DNA from: Eledone cirrhosa
Lineage: Eukaryota
Assembly (NCBI GenBank): GCA_964016885.1
Contig: OZ024744.1
Location: forward strand, 17,732,001-17,796,000
DNA length: 64,000 nucleotides
Direction: 5' to 3'
Under the pieces are notes generated by a model. The model was not told the origin of the DNA. It made no database searches and saw nothing but the letters and a program-made list of their open reading frames with translations. Of this stretch, positions 8,316 through 22,100 are shown piece by piece (position 1 is the first letter of the stretch; every line of letters starts with the position of its first letter). The translations under genes and the position numbers were made by a program.

Positions 8316-8318
<3 letters not shown>

Positions 8319-8393
<75 letters not shown>
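8319..8393. repeat. (TA)n microsatellite separating two PLE insertions
   Basis: Directly visible. Confidence 0.95.
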
Positions 8394-8395
<2 letters not shown>

Positions 8396-9565
8396 AGGAG
8401 GTTATAGTTCACTTGAAGCATTGTGTAATGAGGTATAAACGTTAGAATATGTGTAATAAGGCCAAGACAATGCAGATATGGACATAGAAAAAAGAATGCA
8501 ATAGTGAAAGATATTGATGTGAATTCGTCTTTCACCTTGAATTTATTTAAATGTCCTTAATTTTCGAGATAATATCTCTTCTTCGGAGGGAAGTAAAGGT
8601 CTCAGACCAGCGTCTTTAAATTTCTAATGAAGCCATGCTGACCGGAAATAGTATAGAGTTCTAACTTTAATATCAAAGAATTAAAATTAGGTGGGTAAAG
8701 AGTAGTCTCCCTTTAAGAGGGGTTTGTTTATGTTTTTGTTGTGTTTTTTAAATTTTATATGCGTGCCTGTATATGTGTGTGGGAGAAAGCATGAAGGTGT
8801 AGGTATGTGTGTGTGTGAGTGTGGGAAGATAGGTCTAATCGTAAAAGTGGGGGGTAGGTGTTATCTGGTGTTAGAACTGGTTTTGTGTGTGTATGTGTGA
8901 GAGAGAATAAGTGGAGGTGTGCGCGTGCGTGTGTGTGGGGTGTGTAAAGTGGGGCTAGAGGCCCTATCAGGTTATAAATTGGGTGTTGCGCTCTAGTCTA
9001 TTATGATTGGTGGATGTGTTCTATCTATAATGAGTGCTTCCTTGATTCTAAGATTGCCGAGGTTTCTTTCCTTAGTTTCTATCCTAACTGTTATGTTTTA
9101 TCAGTGTTTTTGCATTTAACTAGGTGTTTCTTAAATGAGGAAGCGTTAGTATTGAGGTGTTCTTTTATTCTTATGTGGAGTGGTCTGGTGGTGCTATCTA
9201 TGTATAAGTTGTTGCATTTGTCACACTCTAGTCTGTAAACTACGTAAGCCTGGTGGCATAGGTCTGTGTCGTTGATGGGGCAGTTGGCTAGTCTGCAGCA
9301 GTTGTCATGTCTGGTGGAGTGTCTCTTAGCTAGCCGTCCGCGCAAAGAAGGACCCGAATGGGCCTGTTGAATATCCAGACCTTCTCGTCTGATGGCTCTG
9401 CGGATGGCTGTTGTTGTTTCTTCGCTGAAGTGTGGGAGCTTCAGGAAGCAAGTGTTAGTGCCTCGGGTGTGGTGTCTTCTGTTCTTTCTGGCACGGTTTG
9501 TGGTGGATGTCGTGTATCCGTTCAGTTTGAGTACTTCCAGGAAATGTGTGGTGTGTGTGTTAAGA
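8394..9565 (-). mobile_element. 3' part of a second PLE type (CCHH-type GIY-YIG; Nematis/Poseidon-like)
   Basis: Minus translation LKLNGY...LKLPHFSE...C..NCP....C..YVVYRLECDKCNNLYIDSTTRPLHIRIKEH..SSFKKHL, then frameshifted ..RNLGNLRIKEALII..HPPI. CA-rich UTR; 3' end at (TA)n. Confidence 0.85.
8553..8592 (-). ncRNA. Variant minimal hammerhead-like motif
   Basis: Minus strand CCT-CCGAAGA-A-GAGAT-ATT-ATCTC-GAAA-ATTA-AGG. It has a U4C change and a very short stem III, and sits in the expected pLTR position. Confidence 0.5.
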
Positions 9566-9692
9566 AAATAATGGGCGTGCATGTAAAGACGCTGCTTGAC
9601 TGTATTGGCGGTTAACCCTATGTAGGCCCTACTAGTTGTGGGTGTGTCGACCTTACATTTGTAGACAATATTACTGGAGAGGCATTTCCCTA
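9566..9692 (-). mobile_element. Short fragment of a Hydra-type GIY-YIG endonuclease
   Basis: GKCLSSNIVYKCKV...AYIGLTANTVKQRLYMH aligns by eye with GKCLTKDLVYKCVV...TYNGATPTTFKSRKYNH of the 807-2211 element. Confidence 0.75.
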
Positions 9693-10163
9693 GGAATATT
9701 AACAAAGACAACCAACGAAATCAATGCAGAAAACTTAAGGATTTTTTTTAAAATAAAGACAAACGAAAGACACAGAACTCCAAGTTCATCAGCCATCAAG
9801 ATGGATTTTCGAAATTTCGAACCCTATAGACAGTACTGCTGATCCACCCGGGGTCGTAGGATCAGACTCAATCCAAAGTGGTGTCTGTGGAGTAAAAGAC
9901 AAGACAAAACAATAACTACAGTCATTAAACCATAACAAGTACACAGAATTTAATTTGGCTAGAAGGAGAAGGTATTGTGGTTTTTATAACAACAATAGTC
10001 TCGATATATAAGGTTGAGAGATAGCTCAGTTGTCCTTCTGGAATGAAATACTACCTAGAAAATCTACTGAAAATTAACAATGAAACAAGCCCCCTTAGTT
10101 CATATATAAACCACACAGTCAATAGATGTATATTATATTTATTATATTACAACTCATAACGAC

Positions 10164-13100
10164 AGTGTGTATGTATATCACTGTATGTCTGTATAGGTCC
10201 CTGTGTATGTCTGTGTCACTGTGTATGTCACTGTGTTTCTGTATGTCTGTGTCAATGTGTATGTCACTGTGTATGTAACTGTATCTTTGTGTATGTCTGT
10301 GTCACTGTGTATGTCACTGTATGTTTTTGTGTGTCTGTGTAACTGTCTATGTCACTGTGTGTTTGTGTATGTCTGTGTCACTGTGTATGTCACTGTATGT
10401 TTCTGTATGTCTGTGTCACTGTGTATGTCACTGTGTGTTTGTGTGTGTCTGTGTAACGGTGTATGTCACTGTATCTTTGTGTATGTCTGTATCACTGTGT
10501 ATGTCACTGTGTGTTTCTGTATGTCTGTGTCACTGTGTATGTCACTGTATGTTTGTGTTTGTATGTGTCACTCTGTATGTCACTGTGTGCTTGTGTGTGT
10601 CTGTTTAACTGTGTATGTCACTGTATCTTTGTGTATGTCTGTATCACTGTGTATGTCACTGTGTGTTTCTGTATGTCTGTCTCACTCTGTATGTCACTGT
10701 ATGTTTGTGTATGTCTGTGTCACTCTGTATGTCATTGTGTGTTTCTGTATATCTGTGTCACTGTGTATGTCACTGCATCTTTGAGTGTGTATGTGTCACT
10801 GTGTATGTCATTGTGTGTTTCTGTATGTCTGTGTCACTGTGTATGTCACTGTATCTTTGTGTATGTGTGTGTCACTGTGTATGTCACTGTATATTTGTGT
10901 ATGTCTGTGGCACTGTGCATGTCACTGTGTGTTTCTGTATGTCTGTGTCACTGTGTATGTCACTGTGTGTTTCTGTATGTCTGTGTCACTGTGTATGTCA
11001 CTGTGTGTTTCTGTATGTCTGTGTCACTGTTTATGTCACTGCATCTTTGTGTATGTCTGTGTCACTGTGTATGTCACTGTATGTTTGTGTATGTCTGTGT
11101 CACTGTGTATGTAACTGTGTGTTTCTGTCTGTCTGTGTCACTGTGTGTTTGTTTATGACTGTGTCACTGTGTATGTCACTGTGAGTTTCTGTATGTATGT
11201 GTCACTGTGTATGTCACTGTGTGTTTGTGTATGTCTGTGTCACTGTGTATGTCACTGTATGTTTGTGTATGTCTGTGTCACTGTGTATGTCACTGTGTGT
11301 TTCTGTGTGTCTGTGTCACTGTGTATGTCACTGTGAGTTTCTGTATGTCTGTGTCACTGTGTATATCACTGTATGTTTGTGTGTCTGTGTCACTGTGTAT
11401 GTCACAATGTGTTTCTGTGTGTCTGTGTTACTGTGTATGTCACTGTGAGTTTCAGTATGACTGTGTCACTGTGTATGTCATTGTGTGTTTCTGTGTGTCT
11501 GTGTCACTGTGTATGTCACTGTATGTTTCTGTATGTCTGCGTCACTGTGTATATCACTGTGTGTTTGTGTATGTCTGTGTCAATGTGTGTGTTTCTGTAT
11601 GTCTGTGTCACTGTGTATGTCACTGTATGTTTCTATATATATGTGTCACTGTGTATATCACTGTATCTTTGTGTATGTATGTGTCACTGTGTATGTCACT
11701 GTGTGTTTCTGTATGTCTGTGTCACTGTGTATGTCACTGTGAGTTTCTGTATGTCTGTGTCACTGTGTATGTCACTGTGTGTTTCTGTATATATGTGTCA
11801 CTGTGTATGTCACTGTATCTTTGTGTATGTCTGTGTCACTGTGGATGCCACTGTATCTCTGTGTATGCCTGTGTCACTGTGAATGTCACTGTGTGTTTCT
11901 GTATGCCTGTGTCACTGTGTATGTCACTGTATGTTTGGGCATGTCTGTGTCACTGTGTATGTCACTGTATGTTTGTGTATGTCTGTGTCACTGTGTATGT
12001 CACTGTGTGTTTCTGTATGTCTGTGTCACTGTGTATGTCACTGTATGTTTGTGTATGTCTGTGTCACTGTGTATGTCACTGTGTGTTTCTGTGTGTCTGT
12101 GTCACTGTGTAAGTCATTATATCTTTGTGTATGTATGTGGCACTCTGTATGTCATCGTGTGTTTCTGTATGTATGTGTCACTGTCTATGTCACTGTATCT
12201 TTGTGTATGTTTGTGTCACTGTGTATGTCACGGTGTGTTTCTGTATGTCTGTGTCACTGTGTATGTCACTGTGTGTCTGTGTCACTGTGTATGTCACTGT
12301 GAGTTTCTGTACGTCTGTGTCACTGTGTATGTCACTGGGTGTTTCTGTATGTCTGTGTCACTGTGTATGTCACTGTATGTTTCTGTATGTCTGTGTCACT
12401 GTGTATGTAACTGTATGTTTCTGTATGTCTGTGTCACTGTGTATGTCACTGTATATGTGGGTAGGTCTGTGTCACTGTGTATGTCAGTGTATGTTTGTGT
12501 ATGTCTGTGTCACTGTGTATGTCACTGTATGTTTCTGTGTGTCTGCGTCACCGTGTATGTCATTGTGTGTTTCTGTATGTCTGTGTCACTGTGTATGTCA
12601 CTGTGTGTTTCTGTGTGTCTGCGTCACCGTGTATGTCATTGTGTGTTTCTGTATGTCTGTGTCACTGTGTATGTCACTGTGTGTTTCTGTGTGTCTGTGT
12701 CACCGTGTATGTCATTGTATCTTTGTGTATGTGTGTGTCACTGTGTATGTCACTGTGTGTTTCTGTATGTCTGTGTCACTGTGTATGTCACTGTATATGT
12801 GGGTAGGTCTGTGTCACTGTGTATGTCAGTGTATGTTTGTGTATGTCTGTGTCACTCTGTATGTCACTGTATGTTTCTGTATGTCTGTGTCTCTGTGTAT
12901 ATCACTGTATGTTTGTGTGTGTCTGTGTCACTGTGTATGTCACTGTGTGTTTCTGTGTGTCTGTGTCACTGTGTATGTCACGGTGTGTTTATGTATGTCT
13001 GTGTCACTGTGTATGTCACTGTGTGTCTGTGTCACTGTGTATGTCACTGGGTGTTTCTGTATGTCTGTGTCACTGTGTATGTCACTCTATGTTTCTGTAT

Positions 13101-16100
13101 GTCTGTGTCACTGTGTATGTAACTGTATGTTTCTGTATGTCTGTGTCACTGTGTATGTCACTGTATATGTGGGTAGGTCTGTGTCACTGTGTATGTCAGT
13201 GTATGTTTGTGTATGTCTGTGTCACTGTGTATGTCACTGTGTGTTTCTGTGTGTCTGTGTCACTGTGCATGTCACTGTGTGTCTGTGTCACCGTGTATGT
13301 CATTGTGTTTTTGTGTATGTCTGTGTCACTGTGTATGTCACTGTGTGTTTCTGTGTGTCTGTGTCACCGTGTATGTCATTGTATCTTTGTGTATGTGTGT
13401 GTCACTGTGTATGTCACTGTGTGTTTCTGTATGTATGTGTCACTGTCTATGTCACTGTGTGTTTCTGTATATCTGTGTCACTGTATATGTCACTGTATGT
13501 TTGTGTGTGTCTGTGCCACTGTGTATGTCACTGTATCTTTGTGTATGTCTGTGTCACTGTGTATGTCACTGTATCTTTGTGTATGTCTGTGTCACTGTGT
13601 ATGTCACTGTATGTGTGTGTATGTCTGTGTCACTGTCTATGTCACTGTATATTTGTGTGTGTCTGTGTCACTGTGTATGTCACTGTATGTTTCTGAATGT
13701 CTGAGTCACTGTGTATGTCACTGTATGTTTGTGTATGTCTGTGTCACTGTGTATGTCGCTGTATGTTTGTGTATGTCTGTGTCTCTGTGTATGTCACTGT
13801 GTGTTTCTGAATGTCTGTGTCACTGTGTATGTCAATGTGTGTTTCTGCATGTCAGTGTCACTGTGTATGTCACTGTATCTTTGTGTAGGTCTGTGTCACT
13901 GTGTATGTCACTGTATCTTTGTGTATGGATGTGTCACTGTGTATGTCACTGTGTGTTTCTGTATGTCTGTGTCACTGTGTATGTCACTGTATAGTTGTGT
14001 ATGTCTGTGTCAGTGTGTATGTCACTGTATGTTTCTGTATGTCTGTGTCACTGTGTATGTAACTGTGTGTTTCTGTATGTCTGTGTCACTGTGTATGTCA
14101 CTGTGTGTTTTTGTATGTCTGTGCCACTGTTTATGTCATTGTATGTTTGTGTATGTATGTGTGACTGTGTATGTCACTGTATGTTTCTGTATATCTGTGT
14201 CACTGTGTATGTCACTGTGTGTTTCTGTATGTCTGTGTCACTGTTTATGTCACTGTATGTTTGTGTATATCTGTGTCACTGTGTATGTCAATGTGTGTTT
14301 CTGTATGTCTGTGTCACTGTGTATGTCACTGTATGTTTGTGTATGTATGTGTGACTGTGTATGTCACTGTATGTTTCTGTATATCTGTGTCACTGTGTAT
14401 GTCACTGTGTGTTTCTGTATGTCTGTGTCACTGTTTATGGCACTGTATGTTTGTGTATGTCTGTGTCACTGTGTATGTCAATGTGTGTTTCTGTAGGTCT
14501 GTGTCACTGTGTATGTCACTGTATGTTTGTGTATGTCTGTGTCACTGTGTATGTCACTGTGTGTCTGTGTCACTGTGTATGTCACTGTGTGTTTTTGTAT
14601 ATCTGTGCCACTGTTTATGTCACTGTATGTTTGTGTATGTCTGTGTCACTGTGTATGTCAATGTGTGTTTCTGTATGTCTGTGTCACTGTGTATGTCACT
14701 GTATGTTTGTGTATGTATGTGTGACTGTGTATGTCACTGTATGTTTCTGTATATCTGTGTCACTGTGTATGTCACTGTGTGTTTCTGTATGTCTGTGTCA
14801 CTGTTTATGTCTCTGTATGTTTGTGTATGTCTGTGTCACTGTGTATGTCAATGTCTGTTTCTGTATATCTGTGTCACTGTGTATGTCACTGTCTGTTTCT
14901 GTATGTCTGTGTCACTGTTTATGTCACCCTATGTTTATGTATGTCTGTGTCACTGTGTATGTCAATGTGTGTTTCTGTAGGCCTGTCTCACTGTGTATGT
15001 CACTGTATGTTTGTGTATGTCTGTGTCACTGTGTATGTCACTGTGTGTTTCTGTGTGTCTGTGTCACTGTGTATGTTACTGTGTGTTTCTGTATGTCTGT
15101 GCCGCTGTGTATGACACTGTGTGTTTGTGTATGTCTGTGTCACTGTGTATGTCACTGTATCTTTGTGTAGGTCTGTGTCACTGTGTATGTCACTGTATGT
15201 TTGTGTATGTCTGCGTCACTGTGTATGTCACTGTGTGTTTCTGTATGTCTGTGTCACTCTGTATGTCACTGTATGTTTCTGTATGTCTGTTTCACTGTGT
15301 ATGTCACTGTATCTTTGTGTATGTCTGTGTCACTGTGTACGTCACTGTGTGTTTCTGTATGTCTGTGTCACTGTGTATGTCACTGTATGTTTGTGTATGT
15401 ATGTGTGACTGTGTATGTCACTGTATGTTTCTGTATATCTGTGTCACTGTGTATGTCACTGTGTGTTTCTGTATGTCTGTGTCAAGGTGTATGTCACTAT
15501 ATGTTTGTGTGTGTCTGTGTCACTGTGTATGTCACTGTGTGTTTATGTATGTCTGTGTCACTGTATGTTTCAGTATGTATGTGTCACTGTGTATGTCACT
15601 GCGTGTTTCTGTATATCTGTGTCACCGTGTATGTCACTGCATTTTTGTGTACGCCTGTGTCACTGTGTATGTCACTGTGTGATTATGTATGTCTTTGTCA
15701 CTGTGTATGTCACTGTGTGTTTCTGTATGTTTGTGTCACTGTGTATGTCACTAAATGGGTGTGTGTGTCTGTGTTTCTGTGTATGTCACTGTGTGTTTGC
15801 GTGTGTCTGTGTCACTGTGTATGTCACTGTGTGTGTCTGTATGTCTGTGAGACTGTGTATGTCACTGTTTGTTTGTGTATGTCTGTGTCACTGTGTGTGT
15901 TTCTGTATGTCTGTGTCACTGTGTATGTCATTGTATCTTTGTGTATGTCTGTGTCACTCTGTATGTCACTGTGTGTTTCTGCATGTCTGTGTCACTGTGT
16001 ATGTCACTGTGTGTTTCTGTATGTCTGTGTCACTGTGCATGTCACTGTATATTTGTGTGTGTCTGTGTCACTGTGTATGTCACAGTATATTTATGTATGT

Positions 16101-19100
16101 CTGTTTCACTCTGTATGTCACTGTGTGTTTCGGTATGTCTGTGTCACTGTATATGTCACTGTATCTTTGTGTATGCCTGTGTCACTGTCTATGTCACTGT
16201 ATGTTTCTGTATGTCTGTTTCACTGTGCATGTCATTGTATCTTTGTGTATGTCTGTGTCACTGTGTATGTCACTGTATCTTTCTGTATGTCTGTGTCACT
16301 CTGTATGTCACTAAGTGTTTCTGCATGTCTGTGTCACTGTGTATGTCACTGTGTGTTTCTGTATGTCTGTGTCACTGTGTATGTCATGGAATGTTTCTGT
16401 ATGTCTGTTTCACTGTGTATGTCACTGTGTGTTTCTGTATGTCTCTGTCACTCTGTATGTCACTGTATATTTTTGTATGTCTGTGTCACTGTGTATGTCA
16501 CTGTATCTTTGTGTATGTATGTGTCCCTGTGTATGTCACTGTATGTTTCTGTATATCTGTGTCACAGTGTATATCACTGTATGTTTCTGTATGTCTGTGT
16601 CACTGTCTATCTAACTGTGTGTTTCTGTATGTTTGTGTCACTGTGTATGTCATTGTGTGTTTCTGTATGTATGTGTCACTGTGTATGTCACTGTATGTGT
16701 GTGTATGTCTGTGTCACGGTGTATGTCACTGTATCTTTGTGTATGCCTGTGTCACTGTGTATGTCTCTGTGTGTTTCTGTATGTCTGTGTCTTTGTGTAT
16801 GTCACTGTATCTTTGTGTATGTATGTGTCACTGTGTGTTTCTGTATGTTTGTGTCACTGTGTATGTCACTGTGTGTTTCTGCATGTCAGTGTCACTGTGT
16901 ATGTTACTGTGTGTTTCTGTATGTCTGTGTCACTATGTATGTCGCTGTATGTTTGTGTTGTCTGTGTCACTGTTTATGTCACTGTGCGTTTCTGTATGTA
17001 TGTATCACTGTGTATGTCACTGTGTGTTTCTGTATGTCTGTGTCACTGTCTATGTCACTGTATCTTTCTGTATGTCTGTGTCACTGTGTATGTCAATGTG
17101 TGTTTCTGTATGTATGTGTCTCTGTGTATGTCACTGTATCTTTGTGTGTGTATGTGTCACTGTGTATGTCACTGTGTGTTTGTGTATGTCTGTGTCACTG
17201 TGTATGTCACTGTGTGTTTCTGTATGTCTGTGTCACTGTGTATGTCACTGTGAGTTTCTGTATGTCTGTGTCACTGTGTATGTCACTGTGTGTTTCTGTA
17301 TGTCTGTGTCTCTGTGTATGTCACTGTATGTTTGGGCATGTCTGTGTCACTGTGTATGTCACTGTGTGTTTCTGTATGTATGTGTCACTGTGTATGTCAC
17401 TGTATCTTTGTGTATGTCTGTGTCACTGTGGATGCCACTGTATCTCTGTGTATTCCTGTGTCACTGTGAATGTCACTGTGTGTTTCTGTATGTCTGTGTC
17501 TCTGTGTATGTCACTGTATGTTTGGGCATGTCTGTGTCACTGTGTATGTCACTGTATGTTTGTGTATGTCTGTGTCACTGTGTATGTCACTGTATATTTG
17601 TGTATGTCTGTGTCAGTGTGTATGTCACTGTATGTTTCTGTATGTCTGTGTCACTGTGTATGTAACTGTGTGTTTCTGTATGTCTGTGTCACTGTGTATG
17701 TCACTGTGTGTTTTTGTATGTCTGTGCCACTGTTTATGTCACTGTATGTTTGTGTATGTATGTGTGACTGTGTATGTCACTGTATGTTTCTGTATATCTG
17801 TGTCACTGTGTATGTCACTGTGTGTTTCTGTATGTCTGTGTCACTGTTTATGTCACTGTATGTTTGTGTATATCTGTGTCACTGTGTATGTCAATGTGTG
17901 TTTCTGTATGTCTGTGTCACTGTGTATGTCACTGTATGTTTGTGTATGTATGTGTGACTGTGTATGTCACTGTATGTTTCTGTATATCTGTGTCACTGTG
18001 TATGTCACTGTATGTTTGTGTATGTCTGTGTCACTGTGTATGTCAATGTGTGTTTCTGTAGGTCTGTGTCACTGTGTATGTCACTGTATGTTTGTGTATG
18101 TCTGTGTCACTGTGTATGTCACTGTGTGTTTCTGTGTGTCTGTGTCACTGTGTATGTTACTGTGTGTTTCTGTATGTCTGTGCCGCTGTGTATGACACTG
18201 TGTGTTTGTGTATGTCTGTGTCACTGTGTATGTCACTGTATCTTTGTGTAGGTCTGTGTCACTGTGTATGTCACTGTATGTTTGTGTATGTCTGCGTCAC
18301 TGTGTATGTCACTGTGTGTTTCTGTATGTCTGTGTCACTCTGTATGTCACTGTATGTTTCTGTATGTCTGTGTCACTGTTTATGTCACTGTATGTTTGTG
18401 TATATCTGTGTCACTGTGTATGTCAATGTGTGTTTCTGTATGTCTGTGTCACTGTGTATGTCACTGTATGTTTGTGTATGTATGTGTGACTGTGTATGTC
18501 ACTGTATGTTTCTGTATATCTGTGTCACTGTGTATGTCACTGTATCTTTGTGTATGTCTGTGTCACTGTGTACGTCACTGTGTGTTTCTGTATGTCTGTG
18601 TCACTGTGTATGTCACTGTATGTTTGTGTATGTATGTGTGACTGTGTATGTCACTGTATGTTTCTGTATATCTGTGTCACTGTGTATGTCACTGTGTGTT
18701 TCTGTATGTCTGTGTCAAGGTGTATGTCACTATATGTTTGTGTGTGTCTGTGTCACTGTTTATGTCACTGTGTGTTTATGTATGTCTGTGTCACTGTATG
18801 TTTCAGTATGTATGTGTCACTGTGTATGTCACTGCGTGTTTCTGTATATCTGTGTCACCGTGTATGTCACTGCATTTTTGTGTACGCCTGTGTCACTGTG
18901 TATGTCACTGTGTGATTATGTATGTCTTTGTCACTGTGTATGTCACTGTGTGTTTCTGTATGTTTGTGTCACTGTGTATGTCACTAAATGTGTGTGTGTG
19001 TCTGTGTTTCTGTGTATGTCACTGTGTGTTTGCGTGTGTCTGTGTCACTGTGTATGTCACTGTGTGTGTCTGTATGTCTGTGAGACTGTGTATGTCACTG

Positions 19101-22100
19101 TTTGTTTGTGTATGTCTGTGTCACTGTGTGTGTTTCTGTATGTCTGTGTCACTGTGTATGTCATTGTATCTTTGTGTATGTCTGTGTCACTCTGTATGTC
19201 ACTGTGTGTTTCTGCATGTCTGTGTCACTGTGTATGTCACTGTGTGTTTCTGTATGTCTGTGTCACTGTGCATGTCACTGTATATTTGTGTGTGTCTGTG
19301 TCACTGTGTATGTCACAGTATATTTATGTATGTCTGTTTCACTCTGTATGTCACTGTGTGTTTCTGTATGTCTGTGTCACTGTATATGTCACTGTATATT
19401 TGTGTATGCCTGTGTCACTGTCTATGTCACTGTATGTTTCTGTATGTCTGTGTCACTCTGTATGTCACTAAGTGTTTCTGCATGTCTGTGTCACTGTGTA
19501 TGTCACTGTGTGTTTCTGTATGTCTGTGTCACTGTGTATGTCACTGTATGTTTCTGTATGTCTGTTTCACTGTGTATGTCACTGTGTGTTTCTGTATGTC
19601 TCTGTCACTCTGTATGTCACTGTATATTTCTGTATGTCTGTGTCACTGTGTATGTCACTGTATCTTTGTGTATGTATGTGTCCCTGTGTATGTCACTGTA
19701 TGTTTCTGTATATCTGTGTCACAGTGTATATCACTGTATGTTTCTGTATGTCTGTGTCACTGTCTATCTAACTGTGTGTTTCTGAATGTCTGTGTCACTG
19801 TGCCTTTCTGTATGTCTGTGTCACGGTGTATGTCACTGTATGTTTGTGTGTGTCTGTGTCACTGTGTATGTCACTGTGTGTTTGTGTATGTCTGTGTCAC
19901 TGTATGTTTCTGTATGTCTGTGTCACTGTGTATGTCACTGTATGTGTGTGTATGTCTGTGTCACGGTGTATGTCACTGTATCTTTGTGTATGCCTGTGTC
20001 ACTGTGTATGTCTCTGTGTGTTTCTGTATGTCTGTGTCTCTGTGTATGTCACTGTATCTTTGTGTATGTATGTGTCACTGTGTGTTTCTGTATGTTTGTG
20101 TCACTGTGTATGTCACTGTGTGTTTCTGCATGTCAGTGTCACTGTGTATGTTACTGTGTGTTTCTGTATGTCTGTGTCACTGTATATGTCACTGTATGTT
20201 TGTGTATGTCTGTGTAACTGTGTATGTCACTGTGTGTTTCTGTATGTCTGTGTCACTGTGTATGTCACTGTGTGTTTCTATATGTCTGTGTCACTGTGTA
20301 TGTCACTGAGTGTTTCTGTATGTCTGTGTCACTATGTATGTCGCTGTATGTTTGTGTTGTCTGTGTCACTGTTTATGTCACTGTGCGTTTCTGTATGTAT
20401 GTATCACTGTGTATGTCACTGTGTGTTTCTGTATGTCTGTGTCACTGTCTATGTCACTGTATCTTTCTGTATGTCTGTGTCACTGTGTATGTCAATGTGT
20501 GTTTCTGTATGTATGTGTCTCTGTGTATGTCACTGTATCTTTGTGTGTGTATGTGTCACTGTGTATGTCACTGTGTGTTTGTGTATGTCTGTGTCACTGT
20601 GTATGTCACTGTGTGTTTCTGTATGTCTGTGTCTCTGTGTATGTCACTGTATGTTTGGGCATGTCTGTGTCACTGTGTATGTCACTGTGTGTTTCTGTAT
20701 GTATGTGTCACTGTGTATGTCACTGTATCTTTGTGTATGTCTGTGTCACTGTGGATGCCACTGTATCTCTGTGTATGCCTGTGTCACTGTGAATGTCACT
20801 GTGTGTTTCTGTATGTCTGTGTCTCTGTGTATGTCACTGTATGTTTGGGCAAGTCTGTGTCACTGTGTATGTCACTGTATGTTTGTGTATGTCTGTGTCA
20901 CTGTGTATGTCACTGTGTGTTTATGTATGTATGTGTCACTGTGTATGTCACTGTATATTTGTGTATGTCTGTGTCACTGTGTATGTCACTGTGTGTTTCT
21001 GTGTGTCTGTGTCACTGTGTAAGTCATTGTATCTTTGTGTATGTATGTGGCACTCTGTATGTCATTGTGTGTTTCTGTATGTCTGTGTCACTGTCTATGT
21101 CACTGTATCTTTGTGTATGTCTGTGTCACTGTGTATGTCACTGTATGTTTCTGTATGTCTGTGTCTCTGTGTATATCACTGTATGTTTGTGTGTGTCTGT
21201 GTCACTGTGTATGTCACGGTGTGTTTCTGTATGTCTGCGTCACTGTGTATGTCACTGTGTGTCTGTGTCACTGTGTATGTCACTGTGAGTTTCTGTACGT
21301 AAGTGTTACTGTGTATGTCACTGGATGTTTCTGTATGTCTGTGTCACTGTGTATGTCACTGTATATTTCTGTATGTCTGTGTCACTGTGTATGTAACTGT
21401 ATGTTTCTGTATGTCTGTGCCACTGTGTATGTCACTGTATATGTGGGTAGGTCTGTGTCACTGTGTATGTCAGTGTATGTTTGTGTATGTCTGTGTCACT
21501 GTGTATGTCACTGTGTGTTTCTGTGTGTCTGTGTCACTGTGCATGTCACTGTGTGTTTCCGTGTGTCTGCGTCACCGTGTATGTCATTGTGTGTTTGTGT
21601 ATGTCTGTGTCACTGTGTATGTCACTGTGTGTTTCTGTGTGTCTGTGTCACCGTGTATGTCATTGTATCTTTGTGTATGTGTGTGTCACTGTGTATGTCA
21701 CTGTGTGTTTCTGTATGTATGTGTCACTGTCTATGTCACTGTGTGTTTCTGTATATCTGTGTCACTGTATATGTCACTGTATGTTTGTGTGTGTCTGTGT
21801 CACTGTGTATGTCACTGTATCTTTGTGTATGTCTGTGTCACTGTGTATGTCACTGTATCTTTGTGTATGTCTGTGTCACTGTGTATGTCACTGTATGTTT
21901 GTGTATGTCTGTGTCACTGTGTATGTCACTGTATATTTGTGTGTGTCTGTGTCACTGTGTATGTCACTGTATGTTTCTGAATGTCTGTGTCAAAGTGTAT
22001 GTCACTGTATGTTTGTGTATGTCTGTGTCACTGTGTATGTCGCTGTATGTTTGTGTATGTCTGTGTCTCTGTGTATGTCACTGTGTGTTCTGTATGTCTG

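Larger units (their letters stand above)
5145..8318 (-). mobile_element. Near-full-length Penelope-like retroelement (Hydra-clade-like) with inverted pLTR at its 5' end
   Basis: RT and endonuclease remnants, an HHR in the 3' region, a perfect 56-bp inverted repeat (5145-5200 vs 8155-8210), and both ends embedded in (TA)n. Confidence 0.92.

Noticed and set aside
9775-9830. CTGATGA preceded by GAAA and small hairpins (possible type II hammerhead, minus strand)
   Set aside because: Stem I register and cleavage site do not fit, and stem II pairing is poor.
9693-10160. Unique A-rich segment between the PLE fragment and the satellite
   Set aside because: No recognisable protein motif, repeat or structure by eye; left unannotated.
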